Below the pieces are notes generated by a model. It ran no database searches and had not been told where the DNA came from. It was given only the letters and a program-made list of their open reading frames with translations. From positions 334 through 64,333 of the forward strand of contig JBPOHQ010000002.1 in the NCBI GenBank assembly GCA_052035405.1: DNA of 64,000 nt, given 5' to 3'. The translations under genes and the position numbers were made by a program. The DNA comes from Candidatus Nomurabacteria bacterium. GTDB lineage: Bacteria; Patescibacteriota; Minisyncoccia; Phycocordibacterales; UBA9973. Below, in pieces: positions 38,730 through 47,110 of the stretch. Each line of letters begins with the position of its first letter. The stretch's first letter is position 1.

Positions 38730-39119
38730 ATGAAAAAAGTTTTGATTATTGATGATAATGAAATTTTCGCAAAGACATTGATAGACTCCCTTCCAAAGGA
38801 TGAATATGTAGCGACGCATGCATGGAATGGTTCAGAAGGGCTCGACGAACTCAAAAAAGATAAACCAGACATAATAATTCTAGATCTTATGATGCCTAAA
38901 ATGGGTGGACTTCAATTCTTAGAAGCTTTTAAAAAAGAAAACCCAGGAAGAAAAATCCCAATTTTAATATCTTCAGAACTTTCATCTACTAAAGACATCA
39001 GTGAAGCAGTCTCTGCTGGTATAGATATCGGTGTACGTGGCTACATAATTAAATCAACTCAAAACATGGATATGATTATTCGTACGATGGATAGTACTCT
39101 AAAAGAGTCTACTGTTTAA
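38730..39119 (+). CDS. Single-domain response regulator (CheY-like receiver only).
   Basis: DD…D phospho-acceptor layout (LIIDDN, IIILDLMMP), conserved T/K later. No output domain. Confidence 0.8.
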   Translation: MKKVLIIDDNEIFAKTLIDSLPKDEYVATHAWNGSEGLDELKKDKPDIIILDLMMPKMGGLQFLEAFKKENPGRKIPILISSELSSTKDISEAVSAGIDIGVRGYIIKSTQNMDMIIRTMDSTLKESTV

Positions 39120-39142
39120 ACTAAAATTAATACATGTTAAAA

Positions 39143-39166
39143 AACACTCTAGCGTAGAGTGTTTTT
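39143..39166 (+). terminator. Rho-independent terminator after the two-component pair.
   Basis: aacactcta-gcg-tagagtgtt hairpin followed by TTT. Confidence 0.55.
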
Positions 39167-39256
39167 AATATGGCGGGCTTGAGGTTTGGATTTCAGAACT
39201 TATAAATACAAAAAATTTAATTAAAGTAAGTATTACAGACATGATATAATAAAATC

Positions 39257-39668
39257 GTGAATAAAATAAACGTATATATTGATGGCAATAATCTCTATAG
39301 GTCTGCAAAAGAATTGGGTTTTGAGATTGACTACAAGAAATTCAGAGGATGGCTACGACAAAAATATAATGCCACTAATGTGTATCTATTTATTGGGCGT
39401 TTCAGTGGGTGAAAAGATTAAGGGCAATTGTGATGCTGAGCTTGTTTTAAAAACAGTGTCAGACTTTTATACTAAATCTTTTGACTCCTGCTTTCTGATA
39501 ACTGGCGACGGTGATTTTGGCTGCCTCGTTGAGTTTCTAAAAGAAAACAAAGTTATCAGCGGAGTGATTTCTCCAGATGAACATAAGTGCTCAATTTTGA
39601 TCAGAAACAAAAATATAGAAATTACTTTCTTAAACGACTTGTACCACAAATTCTCAAATAGAACCTAA
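39257..39668 (+). pseudogene. NYN-domain (PIN-like RNase) gene disrupted by a frameshift.
   Basis: The GTG frame gives VNKINVYIDGNNLYRSAKELGFEIDYKKFRGWLRQKYNATNVYLFIGRFSG and stops at TGA 39410-39412. The -1 frame continues …EKIKGNCDAELVL…ITGDGDFGCLVEFLKENKV (NYN core). The junction is at GGG 39407-39409. Confidence 0.5.
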
Positions 39669-39708
39669 AAAGAAAAAGCCCCCAGTGTGGACGAATCCAC
39701 ACAAGGGT
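39667..39708 (-). terminator. Hairpin plus U-run on the minus strand, downstream of tRNA-Trp (possibly bidirectional).
   Basis: Plus strand reads aaaaagaaaaagcccc-CAGTGTGGA-cgaa-TCCACACAAGG. On the minus strand the hairpin is followed by GGGGGCUUUUUCUUUUU. Confidence 0.4.
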
Positions 39709-39796
39709 CTCTTTCATAGAGATGCTATAACTATAGCACGGTTTGGAATACAACACAAGCATATTTAAAGCTCACAACATGCACAATGTTCACGAG

Positions 39797-39867
39797 CGGG
39801 CGATGAGAGAATCGAACTCCCGCCAACGGTTTTGGAGACCGTTGTTCTGCCACTAAACTAATCGCCC
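39797..39867 (-). tRNA. tRNA-Trp (anticodon CCA).
   Basis: Reverse complement GGGCGAT-TA-GTTTAGTGGCAGAAC-A-ACGGT-CTCCAAA-ACCGT-…GAGTTCGATTCTC-ATCGCCC. 7-bp acceptor stem, T-loop TTCGATT. No encoded CCA. Confidence 0.85.
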
Positions 39868-39989
39868 AAAACGGGCCCGAAGGCCCGAATCGGGAACGCA
39901 AAAAATTAAAAGATTAAGCGTTCCACTATATAGAATCGGATAAATCCGACCCCATAGTATGAAAGAACACGCAGCAAACAATTTGCCGC
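39868..39989 (-). ncRNA. Candidate small structured RNA or tRNA-Trp leader, bounded by a promoter and a terminator-like hairpin.
   Basis: Three stem-loops on the minus strand (GCGGCAAA/UUUGCUGC, UCGGA/UCCGA, GGAACGC/GCGUUCC), ending in CGGGCC-UUCG-GGCCCG + UUUU immediately 5' of the tRNA. No match to SRP, tmRNA or 6S motifs that I can see. Confidence 0.3.
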
Positions 39990-39995
39990 ACCACC

Positions 39996-40023
39996 ATTAT
40001 ACCTTGGCGGAGACCTTTTTCAA
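39996..40023 (-). promoter_or_regulatory. Sigma-70-like promoter on the minus strand upstream of tRNA-Trp.
   Basis: On the minus strand, TTGAAA-N16-TATAAT (plus-strand tttcaa 40018-40023 and attata 39996-40001). Confidence 0.4.
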
Positions 40024-40077
40024 AGTTGTACTTAATATTTATGTATTGTTTAATTCTTATGGTAACCTGTATTTATT

Positions 40078-40362
40078 ATGAGTTATTATGCAGGCAAGGG
40101 AAATAAATATCCGCAAATACCAGAGATTGTCTATGATCTCCATGGGTACACGACTTTTGAATGTCAGGAAATTATAGACGAACTTATCTCTGAAAGAAAG
40201 TACTCTCATGTACGTCTTATTGTAGGGAGGGGGAGAAATAGTGCGAACGGTCCAGTCCTCCCAGACTTCGTCCGTGGATATTTAACTTCACATCATATTC
40301 GTTTTAATCAGTCAAAAATGTCAGATGGTGGTGAAGGGTCTCTGGAAGTATTTTTTAAATAA
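40078..40362 (+). CDS. Stand-alone Smr-domain protein.
   Basis: DLHGYTTFEC…VRLIVGRGRNS is the Smr signature (DLHG…ihGkG). Confidence 0.7.
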   Translation: MSYYAGKGNKYPQIPEIVYDLHGYTTFECQEIIDELISERKYSHVRLIVGRGRNSANGPVLPDFVRGYLTSHHIRFNQSKMSDGGEGSLEVFFK

Positions 40363-40399
40363 TGTAAAACATAAATTTCTTTTGTGTTAGAATCATTTC

Positions 40400-41779
40400 A
40401 TGACTCAAGATCAGGCACTTTTAATATTGAAAACAGGTGCGAACGTCTTTCTCACAGGTGAGCCAGGGGCAGGGAAAACATACACTATAAACAAATACGT
40501 CGCGTACCTACGAGAACACCAGATAGAGTCTGCGGTCACCGCAAGCACAGGTATCGCCGCGACTCATATAGGAGGGATGACGATACATTCTTGGAGTGGT
40601 ATCGGCATCAAAGAATCTTTGACTAAGTACGATCTAGACAAGATTACGACCAGTGAGTACATCAGTAAAAAGATATTAAAAACAAAAGTTTTAATCATAG
40701 ATGAGATATCAATGCTCCATGCAGATACTTTAGAGATGGTGGATGCGGTCTGTCGTGCAGTCCGTCAAAATGAAGAACCTTTTGGTGGACTTCAAGTCGT
40801 CTTTGTTGGAGACTTTTTTCAGCTTCCTCCAATACAAAAGAGAACTACAGAGCAAAAACAACAAGGTTTAATTCCCGAGAAGAAAGCTGTCTTTGCATAT
40901 GAATCACCTGCATGGAAAAGGCTTGCACCGGTGGTATGCTATATCAGCGAACAACACCGTCAGGAGGATGAATCTTTTTTAGAATTACTGCTTTCGATAC
41001 GTAAAGGAACTCTCGAAGAAGATCATTATGAATTTTTAAAAACTCGATATATCGAGCGAGAAGAAATGCCTGAAGAGGTGACCAAGTTGTATTCACACAA
41101 TGTAAATGTGGATCAGGTCAATGACCAAGAACTCGCAAAGATAGATGATGACGAAAAGAGGTTTGAGATGTTGTCTTCTGGGTCAGCCGCCCTCGTCACA
41201 GCACTCAAGAAAGGATGTCTCTCTCCAGAACTTCTTATCTTAAAAAAAGGTTCTGTCGTGATGTGTACTAAGAACAATCCAAAAGAGCATTATGTAAACG
41301 GCACATTAGGCACTGTTATATCTTTCGACTCTTTTTCTGGGTACCCGATTATAGAGACCAAGAAAGGCAAACGTATCACGGTGAGTCCTCTGGAGTGGAG
41401 CATAGAAGAAAACGGCAAAGTAAAAGCACAGATTAGTCAGGTGCCTCTTCGCCTCGCTTGGGCTATCACGGTACACAAGAGTCAGGGGATGAGTCTAGAT
41501 GGAGCTATTATGGACTTATCTAATGTCTTTGAATACGGGCAGGGATATGTAGCACTTTCTCGAATACGACGCATGGACGGATTGTATCTACTTGGCATGA
41601 ACGGTAAAGCCCTCCAGGTGCATCCGCTAATACTAGAGCAAGATAAAGTATTCCAAAGTGAATCCAAACAAGCAGAAAAGGTCTTCAGTAAACTTAAAAA
41701 AGAAGAAATAGAGAAAATGCATAAAAATTTCGTCACGTCGCTTAGCAGTAAGCAGGGGCCGGTCGAAGTAGATTTCTAG
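40400..41779 (+). CDS. Pif1-family (RecD-like SF1B) DNA helicase.
   Basis: Walker A GEPGAGKTY, Walker B LIIDEISML, Pif1 signature VFVGDFFQLPPI, C-terminal SF1 motifs (VHKSQG). Confidence 0.75.
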   Translation: MTQDQALLILKTGANVFLTGEPGAGKTYTINKYVAYLREHQIESAVTASTGIAATHIGGMTIHSWSGIGIKESLTKYDLDKITTSEYISKKILKTKVLIIDEISMLHADTLEMVDAVCRAVRQNEEPFGGLQVVFVGDFFQLPPIQKRTTEQKQQGLIPEKKAVFAYESPAWKRLAPVVCYISEQHRQEDESFLELLLSIRKGTLEEDHYEFLKTRYIEREEMPEEVTKLYSHNVNVDQVNDQELAKIDDDEKRFEMLSSGSAALVTALKKGCLSPELLILKKGSVVMCTKNNPKEHYVNGTLGTVISFDSFSGYPIIETKKGKRITVSPLEWSIEENGKVKAQISQVPLRLAWAITVHKSQGMSLDGAIMDLSNVFEYGQGYVALSRIRRMDGLYLLGMNGKALQVHPLILEQDKVFQSESKQAEKVFSKLKKEEIEKMHKNFVTSLSSKQGPVEVDF

Positions 41780-41814
41780 AAATATCACTACGTGCTTTAT
41801 GCTATAATTATGGT

Positions 41815-42213
41815 ATGAATAATTCTTACAATTGGTATTCGACTCTGATCAAGCCTACCTGGGCACCGCCGAGCTTTCTTTTTGGTCCGGTGTGGACTTT
41901 CTTGTACGCTATCATCGCGTATTCTTTTGGCTCGGTGTTTTTTAAATTCTACAAAGGAGGCCTTCCTTTCATTGTAATCCTGCCTTTTATATTGAACCTT
42001 ATTTTCAATTTCTCTTTCACGTATTTCCAATTCGGACTCAAGAATAACCTCCTTGCATCCATAGACATTCTCCTTGTCCTAATTACTCTCATCTGGGCAC
42101 TTGTCGCAATCTTCCCATATATGAAGTGGGTAGCCTTTCTAAACATCCCATATCTCCTCTGGGTGTCTTTCGCCACAGTCCTTCAGCTAACTATTACCTA
42201 TTTGAATAAATAG
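41815..42213 (+). CDS. tspO: TspO/MBR family tryptophan-rich membrane protein.
   Basis: WYSTLIKPTWAPPSFLFGPVWTFLY matches the TspO N-terminal consensus. About 5 TM helices. Confidence 0.75.
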   Translation: MNNSYNWYSTLIKPTWAPPSFLFGPVWTFLYAIIAYSFGSVFFKFYKGGLPFIVILPFILNLIFNFSFTYFQFGLKNNLLASIDILLVLITLIWALVAIFPYMKWVAFLNIPYLLWVSFATVLQLTITYLNK

Positions 42214-42295
42214 TGTTTGCTTTTATTTTTAAGTATGTTATAATCCTCAACTGAATTGTACACAAATTTTTTAAACTTTTTAAAAAAGCAACACT

Positions 42296-42436
42296 ATGCC
42301 TTTTGCCACCGTCTACGAAGAAGAAGTCCCAGCAGTTGAAGAAACTACAGAAAATGAAAAACCAGAAACCCCTGAAACTGAAGAAGTTTTAGAAAACCAA
42401 CCAAATATTCCTGTTTCTCAGGATCATTACGGATAA
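42296..42436 (+). CDS. Possible small acidic protein (46 aa).
   Basis: ATG ORF giving MPFATVYEEEVPAVEETTENEKPETPETEEVLENQPNIPVSQDHYG, followed by its own terminator. No homology inferable. Confidence 0.25.
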   Translation: MPFATVYEEEVPAVEETTENEKPETPETEEVLENQPNIPVSQDHYG

Positions 42437-42457
42437 GGTAAAACCCAAATGAAAACC

Positions 42458-42488
42458 GCTAGCTCTACCAAGGGCTAGCTATTTTTTT
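42458..42488 (+). terminator. Rho-independent terminator upstream of the R-M operon.
   Basis: GCTAGC-tctaccaagg-GCTAGC hairpin followed by TATTTTTTT. Confidence 0.55.
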
Positions 42489-42536
42489 ACCTAGTTCGCA
42501 AAATAGGGTAAAAGTGTTAGAATGTAAATATTTACT

Positions 42537-44450
42537 ATGAAAAAACAAACAAGCAGAACCAATATTAAAGAAAAGATCTTAAAAGAAAGTGCGAATATTC
42601 TACAAAAATTATCTCAAATAAAAGGACGAGCAATGCTTCAATGGTACGAAAAAAGTGCTCTAAAAAGTATTGAATGGTTCCCTGCACAAGAAAAAGAAAT
42701 GTATGGAAACCCAAAAGCTACTGATTGGAATAAGTTATTTTGGGGAGACAACAAACAGGTCCTTGCTCACTTGCTCAAAGAATATCGTGGCAAGGTTGAT
42801 TTGATATACATTGACCCTCCTTTTGATAGTAAGGCGGATTATGTTAAGAAAGTAAAACTTAACGGTCAAAAACTAAACGGCGTTGAACAAAGTGTTATTG
42901 AAGAGATGCAATACACTGATATGTGGGAAAAAGATGAGTATCTTCAGTTTATGTATGAACGTTTAATAGTATTACGTGAGTTACTTGCTGATACTGGTTC
43001 TATATATTTGCACTGTGATTGGCATAAAAACTCACATCTTCGTTTAATAATGGATGAGATTTTCGGAGAAGAAAATTATAAAAATGAAATTGTGTGGCAT
43101 TACGGGACATATGTGGGTCAAACAAGTAAAAACTTTCCTAGAAAACACGACACACTGTTACTTTACTCAAAGAGTGATGTGTCAACTTTTTATTTACAAA
43201 GGAACGATGATCCAGAGATAGATGCTAACTATAAACGTTGGAAAAAATATTTTAATAAAAATAATGAGATAGTGGGTTCTAATTATCCTTCAGACGATAC
43301 AAAATTTAGTGGATATGTAAAAAGATTTATTGAAGAGAATGGATATGAACCAAAATCAGAAAAAGATGTTGTGTTGACTGTTGAAGGCAAACTTGTGGAT
43401 TCATTTTGGGATATTCAATCAGTAAATCCAATGTCTAGTGAAAGAACAGATTATCCAACACAAAAACCAGAAGAGTTGCTTGAGCGTGTAATAAAAGCAT
43501 CTTCAAAAGAAGGAGATTTAGTTATGGATTGTTTTTCTGGTTCAGGAACTACTCTTGCTGTTGCAGAAAAACTTGGTCGTAGATGGATAGGTTGTGATAT
43601 AAACAAAAGTGCGATAATTACAACAACAGAACGTTTGAATAAAATAATCAAGGAGCAAGGAAATAAAACTGCATTCAAGGTTCTCAATGTAAACCATTAC
43701 GATGTATTTACAAATGAAATCCAAGCAAAACAATTACTCATAGAAACATACAAAATAGACGAGCTTTCTCGTGGGGATTTTGATGGTACTTTGGGTGCTG
43801 ATTATGTAAAAATAATTTCCCCAAACCGTGTACTTAGTAAGATGGATATTTCACTTGTTATAGAAACCATAAAGAAAAACAAAGACCTTTTTATTGTAAA
43901 AAAAGTATCAAAACAAAAAGAAGCTACTTTTGAAAACAAAGTAATTGTTATTTGTAGTGGTGCAGAGCTCGATGTTCGTGACTTTGTAAAGAAAGAAAAC
44001 AATACAGGTGTTGAGATAGAAATACGAGACATACAGATAGATAAAAAAGAACTTGATTTTAAAAAGCCAACAGAAGCTGTTATTTCTTATGTTGTCAAAG
44101 GAAATAAACTTATTGTAGATGTAAAAGATTATTATTCTCCTTTACTGATGAAGCGTTTAGAGCTTGAAAATGAAAAGCGTTTATCAATGACAGAGCGTGT
44201 ACAACTATTTGATTACAGACAAGCTCTTGAGCATGTTGTGATTGATGTGAACTATGGAGAAGGTCAAAAAAAAGGTAGTGATATTTCTTTCAATGCAGAG
44301 ATATTTGCACATAAAGAAAAGAAAAATGAACTTGTAGAAACTATCAATGAATATACCTATGGAAAAAAAGGTACATATACCGTGGCGGTAAAAATAGTCG
44401 ATGTTCTTGGTGAAGAATACTTTGAAACAAGCGTTATAACTATCAAATAA
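42537..44450 (+). CDS. mod: Type III restriction-modification methyltransferase (Mod), a beta-class N6-adenine/N4-cytosine MTase.
   Basis: Motif IV IYIDPPFDS precedes motif I VMDCFSGSGTT (PF01555-like order). Res follows 4 nt downstream. Confidence 0.8.
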   Translation: MKKQTSRTNIKEKILKESANILQKLSQIKGRAMLQWYEKSALKSIEWFPAQEKEMYGNPKATDWNKLFWGDNKQVLAHLLKEYRGKVDLIYIDPPFDSKADYVKKVKLNGQKLNGVEQSVIEEMQYTDMWEKDEYLQFMYERLIVLRELLADTGSIYLHCDWHKNSHLRLIMDEIFGEENYKNEIVWHYGTYVGQTSKNFPRKHDTLLLYSKSDVSTFYLQRNDDPEIDANYKRWKKYFNKNNEIVGSNYPSDDTKFSGYVKRFIEENGYEPKSEKDVVLTVEGKLVDSFWDIQSVNPMSSERTDYPTQKPEELLERVIKASSKEGDLVMDCFSGSGTTLAVAEKLGRRWIGCDINKSAIITTTERLNKIIKEQGNKTAFKVLNVNHYDVFTNEIQAKQLLIETYKIDELSRGDFDGTLGADYVKIISPNRVLSKMDISLVIETIKKNKDLFIVKKVSKQKEATFENKVIVICSGAELDVRDFVKKENNTGVEIEIRDIQIDKKELDFKKPTEAVISYVVKGNKLIVDVKDYYSPLLMKRLELENEKRLSMTERVQLFDYRQALEHVVIDVNYGEGQKKGSDISFNAEIFAHKEKKNELVETINEYTYGKKGTYTVAVKIVDVLGEEYFETSVITIK

Positions 44451-44454
44451 TTGT

Positions 44455-47055
44455 ATGCAACCATTCGTACAAGAATTACAAAAAATGGTCAGAGTATGGA
44501 GTGAAGATGGGTATGAAGGTATCTATCCAGAGACACAAAACATTCTCACTCATATCAAAAGCAATAACTTTCTTCACGAACCACAACGTGAGGCTTTTGA
44601 GACGTACATATATCTCAAAGAAATACAAAACAATAAGTCAGTTCCACAAATTGTTTCAATGATGGTAAAAGATAACAAAGAGCTGCTCCGTGCTCTTGGT
44701 TTTACAGCTGATATAATAGAGCTTTTTGATGATCTTGCAGAAGAGAAAAAAGTGGATCGTATTGAAAAAAAACTTTCTGAACTTGGCTTTGCAGAATATG
44801 GTTATGCAAACTATGTGTTGGCTCTTACTATGGGTGCGGGTAAAACTATTTTAATGGGGGTGTTGATGATGTATGAGTTCATTATTTCCTACAAACACGA
44901 CACTGATACACGATTTGCAAAAAACATTCTTCTCTTTGGTCCTGCTGATACAGGTATCATCGAAGTACTCAAAGAAGTAAAAAACTTTGATTACAGTTCG
45001 GTTATACCTCGTGAATATGATGATATATTGCTTAATATCAAGTATTGGTATTTAGAAAAACCAGAAACACCTTTGAACCCTATTGGTAATTACAATGTAA
45101 TAGTCACAAATTCATCAAAAATTATTATCCGAAATTGGAAGGACACACATAAAGGAAACACTCTCTTTGATTTGCGTAAAGATCCTGTAAATAAGCGTTT
45201 AAGAGCATTACAAGGGCTTGAGAGTCTTGCTGTTTTTGTAGATGAAGCTCATCACTCATATGGCGATGATGTGTCTGAAAAACTCAATCAATCTCGTCTT
45301 ACTATTGCTCACCTTGCAGAACAAACAAACGTCATAACTGTGGCAAACTTTACAGGTACACCCTATGTTCAAAATAAAATGCTTTCTGATACTATCTATA
45401 CTTTTGGACTTCAGCAAGGCATGGAAAAAGGTATCTTGAAACTTGTTGAAATTACTAATCACGGTAGAACAGAGGATGTTCAATCGGAGGACTTTGTGAA
45501 TAGCGCGATAAATACATTTTGGAAAAAATATGGAGACACTCGTATAGAAGACAGACTTCCAAAAATTGCTTTCTACACCACAGACATTACAATGCTCGAG
45601 AAACTTGAAACTAATCTCGATAAAGCACTCCGTAAAAATAAAATTGACCTCTCAAAAAAACTAGTCTGGCACTCTACTTTTACAGGAGATAAAAAGAAGG
45701 ATGCTGATTATGAGTTTAATCGTTTAGATACATCAGAGAGTCAAAAGCAATTTGTGTTGCTTGTAAATAAAGGGACAGAAGGATGGAACTGTAAGTCACT
45801 TGTAGCTGTAGCATTATATAAAAACTCAACAAGTAATAACTTTGTACTTCAATCAACTTGTCGTTGTCTTCGTCGTATTGGAGACAATAGCACAAAAGCT
45901 CATATTTTCCTTTCAGATGAAAATTATCAAGTTCTAGATCGCGAGCTTAAGAGTAACTTCAGTACTAGTATTTCATCTCTTACAGGCAAACAACAAGCTG
46001 AGGTTCAAGTGGACCTTATTGTTGAAAAAAGACATACAGTAAAAATAAAAAGAAAACTTACAGAAATACTTTCATCACAAAAGGTATCTCCAGAAAAGAT
46101 TGTTATAGACCTAAAAAAGATGCCTGAGAAAAAAATTATATCTATTATTCAAGGACGAGAAATAACACTCAATAATGAGGGTAAAGCTATATATAATGAT
46201 CCTGTTACAATAACTTCAGAAGACACTCAAGAAGAGGTTCGAGTGTTTGGGTATTATGATGTAATAGCGCTCATTCAGAATAAGACACATTTCTCATACG
46301 TTGAAATTAGTAAGGTTTTAGAAGCAAATAGTATTACTAAAGACAAACTTATTAAGGCAGTAGGAAAGAATTACCTATTTATTTATGGCATTGCGGATCA
46401 GATACTTTCTCAATCAATCAAATATACAAAGAAAGTTACTGAAATAGAGCAAGAAATAGAATTAACAAAAGCATTCCCTTTTAAAATTACTGTCAAAAAA
46501 GATTTACACGAAACAGATGAACAAGCATTTTCTCGTAGTCTGGTAGTATCTCGTGAACAAGAAGATACTGAAGGGAGAACCTCTCGTCTTGGTTTTCATA
46601 TTAATCCATATAATTTTGATAGTGCAGACGAGCTTGAAATGTTTCGTTACTTACGAGCAAACCTTAAAGACGGTGAACTTGTAAATGATGTATATTTTAC
46701 AGGTGGTGTCACTAACGAAAAACATAACGAGTTCTATTTTGAGTATCAAAAGAACCTTACTGATGGAGATCGTATTTCAAAATACTTCCCAGACTTCTTA
46801 ATAGAAACATCTTTTGGAAGACATCTAGTGCTCGAAGTAAAAGGTGGTGACGAAGAATTGACCTATAAGTCAGAAAAAGCAAAATACAACAATGGTACCC
46901 TTAAAAAGGGTGATATAACTAGCGACCCTTTAATGAAAGAAATCGGTTTTCAAGAGTTTCAAGAACTCAACAAAAACTTTGAGTATCACATTACCTTTAA
47001 AGGAAGGATGCTTCCAGAACAGCAATCAATAGTTCAAAAAATAAACAATTTGTAA
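44455..47055 (+). CDS. res: Type III restriction endonuclease Res subunit (SF2 helicase plus C-terminal PD-(D/E)xK nuclease).
   Basis: Motif I ALTMGAGKT, motif II VFVDEAHH, motif III FTGTP, motif VI QSTCRCLRR. C-terminal YFPDFLIE…LVLEVKG nuclease motif. Confidence 0.8.
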   Translation: MQPFVQELQKMVRVWSEDGYEGIYPETQNILTHIKSNNFLHEPQREAFETYIYLKEIQNNKSVPQIVSMMVKDNKELLRALGFTADIIELFDDLAEEKKVDRIEKKLSELGFAEYGYANYVLALTMGAGKTILMGVLMMYEFIISYKHDTDTRFAKNILLFGPADTGIIEVLKEVKNFDYSSVIPREYDDILLNIKYWYLEKPETPLNPIGNYNVIVTNSSKIIIRNWKDTHKGNTLFDLRKDPVNKRLRALQGLESLAVFVDEAHHSYGDDVSEKLNQSRLTIAHLAEQTNVITVANFTGTPYVQNKMLSDTIYTFGLQQGMEKGILKLVEITNHGRTEDVQSEDFVNSAINTFWKKYGDTRIEDRLPKIAFYTTDITMLEKLETNLDKALRKNKIDLSKKLVWHSTFTGDKKKDADYEFNRLDTSESQKQFVLLVNKGTEGWNCKSLVAVALYKNSTSNNFVLQSTCRCLRRIGDNSTKAHIFLSDENYQVLDRELKSNFSTSISSLTGKQQAEVQVDLIVEKRHTVKIKRKLTEILSSQKVSPEKIVIDLKKMPEKKIISIIQGREITLNNEGKAIYNDPVTITSEDTQEEVRVFGYYDVIALIQNKTHFSYVEISKVLEANSITKDKLIKAVGKNYLFIYGIADQILSQSIKYTKKVTEIEQEIELTKAFPFKITVKKDLHETDEQAFSRSLVVSREQEDTEGRTSRLGFHINPYNFDSADELEMFRYLRANLKDGELVNDVYFTGGVTNEKHNEFYFEYQKNLTDGDRISKYFPDFLIETSFGRHLVLEVKGGDEELTYKSEKAKYNNGTLKKGDITSDPLMKEIGFQEFQELNKNFEYHITFKGRMLPEQQSIVQKINNL

Positions 47056-47110
47056 TATTATAAATTATAAAAATTAAGGAATATCTTGAATAAGTAGTTT
47101 AAAAATCTTT

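Noticed and set aside
39868-39989. Considered SRP RNA, tmRNA, 6S or a second tRNA for the structured RNA upstream of tRNA-Trp.
   Set aside because: No GGAA/AGCAGG SRP motifs, no tRNA-like 3' end, no tmRNA tag reading frame, and it is too short for 6S.
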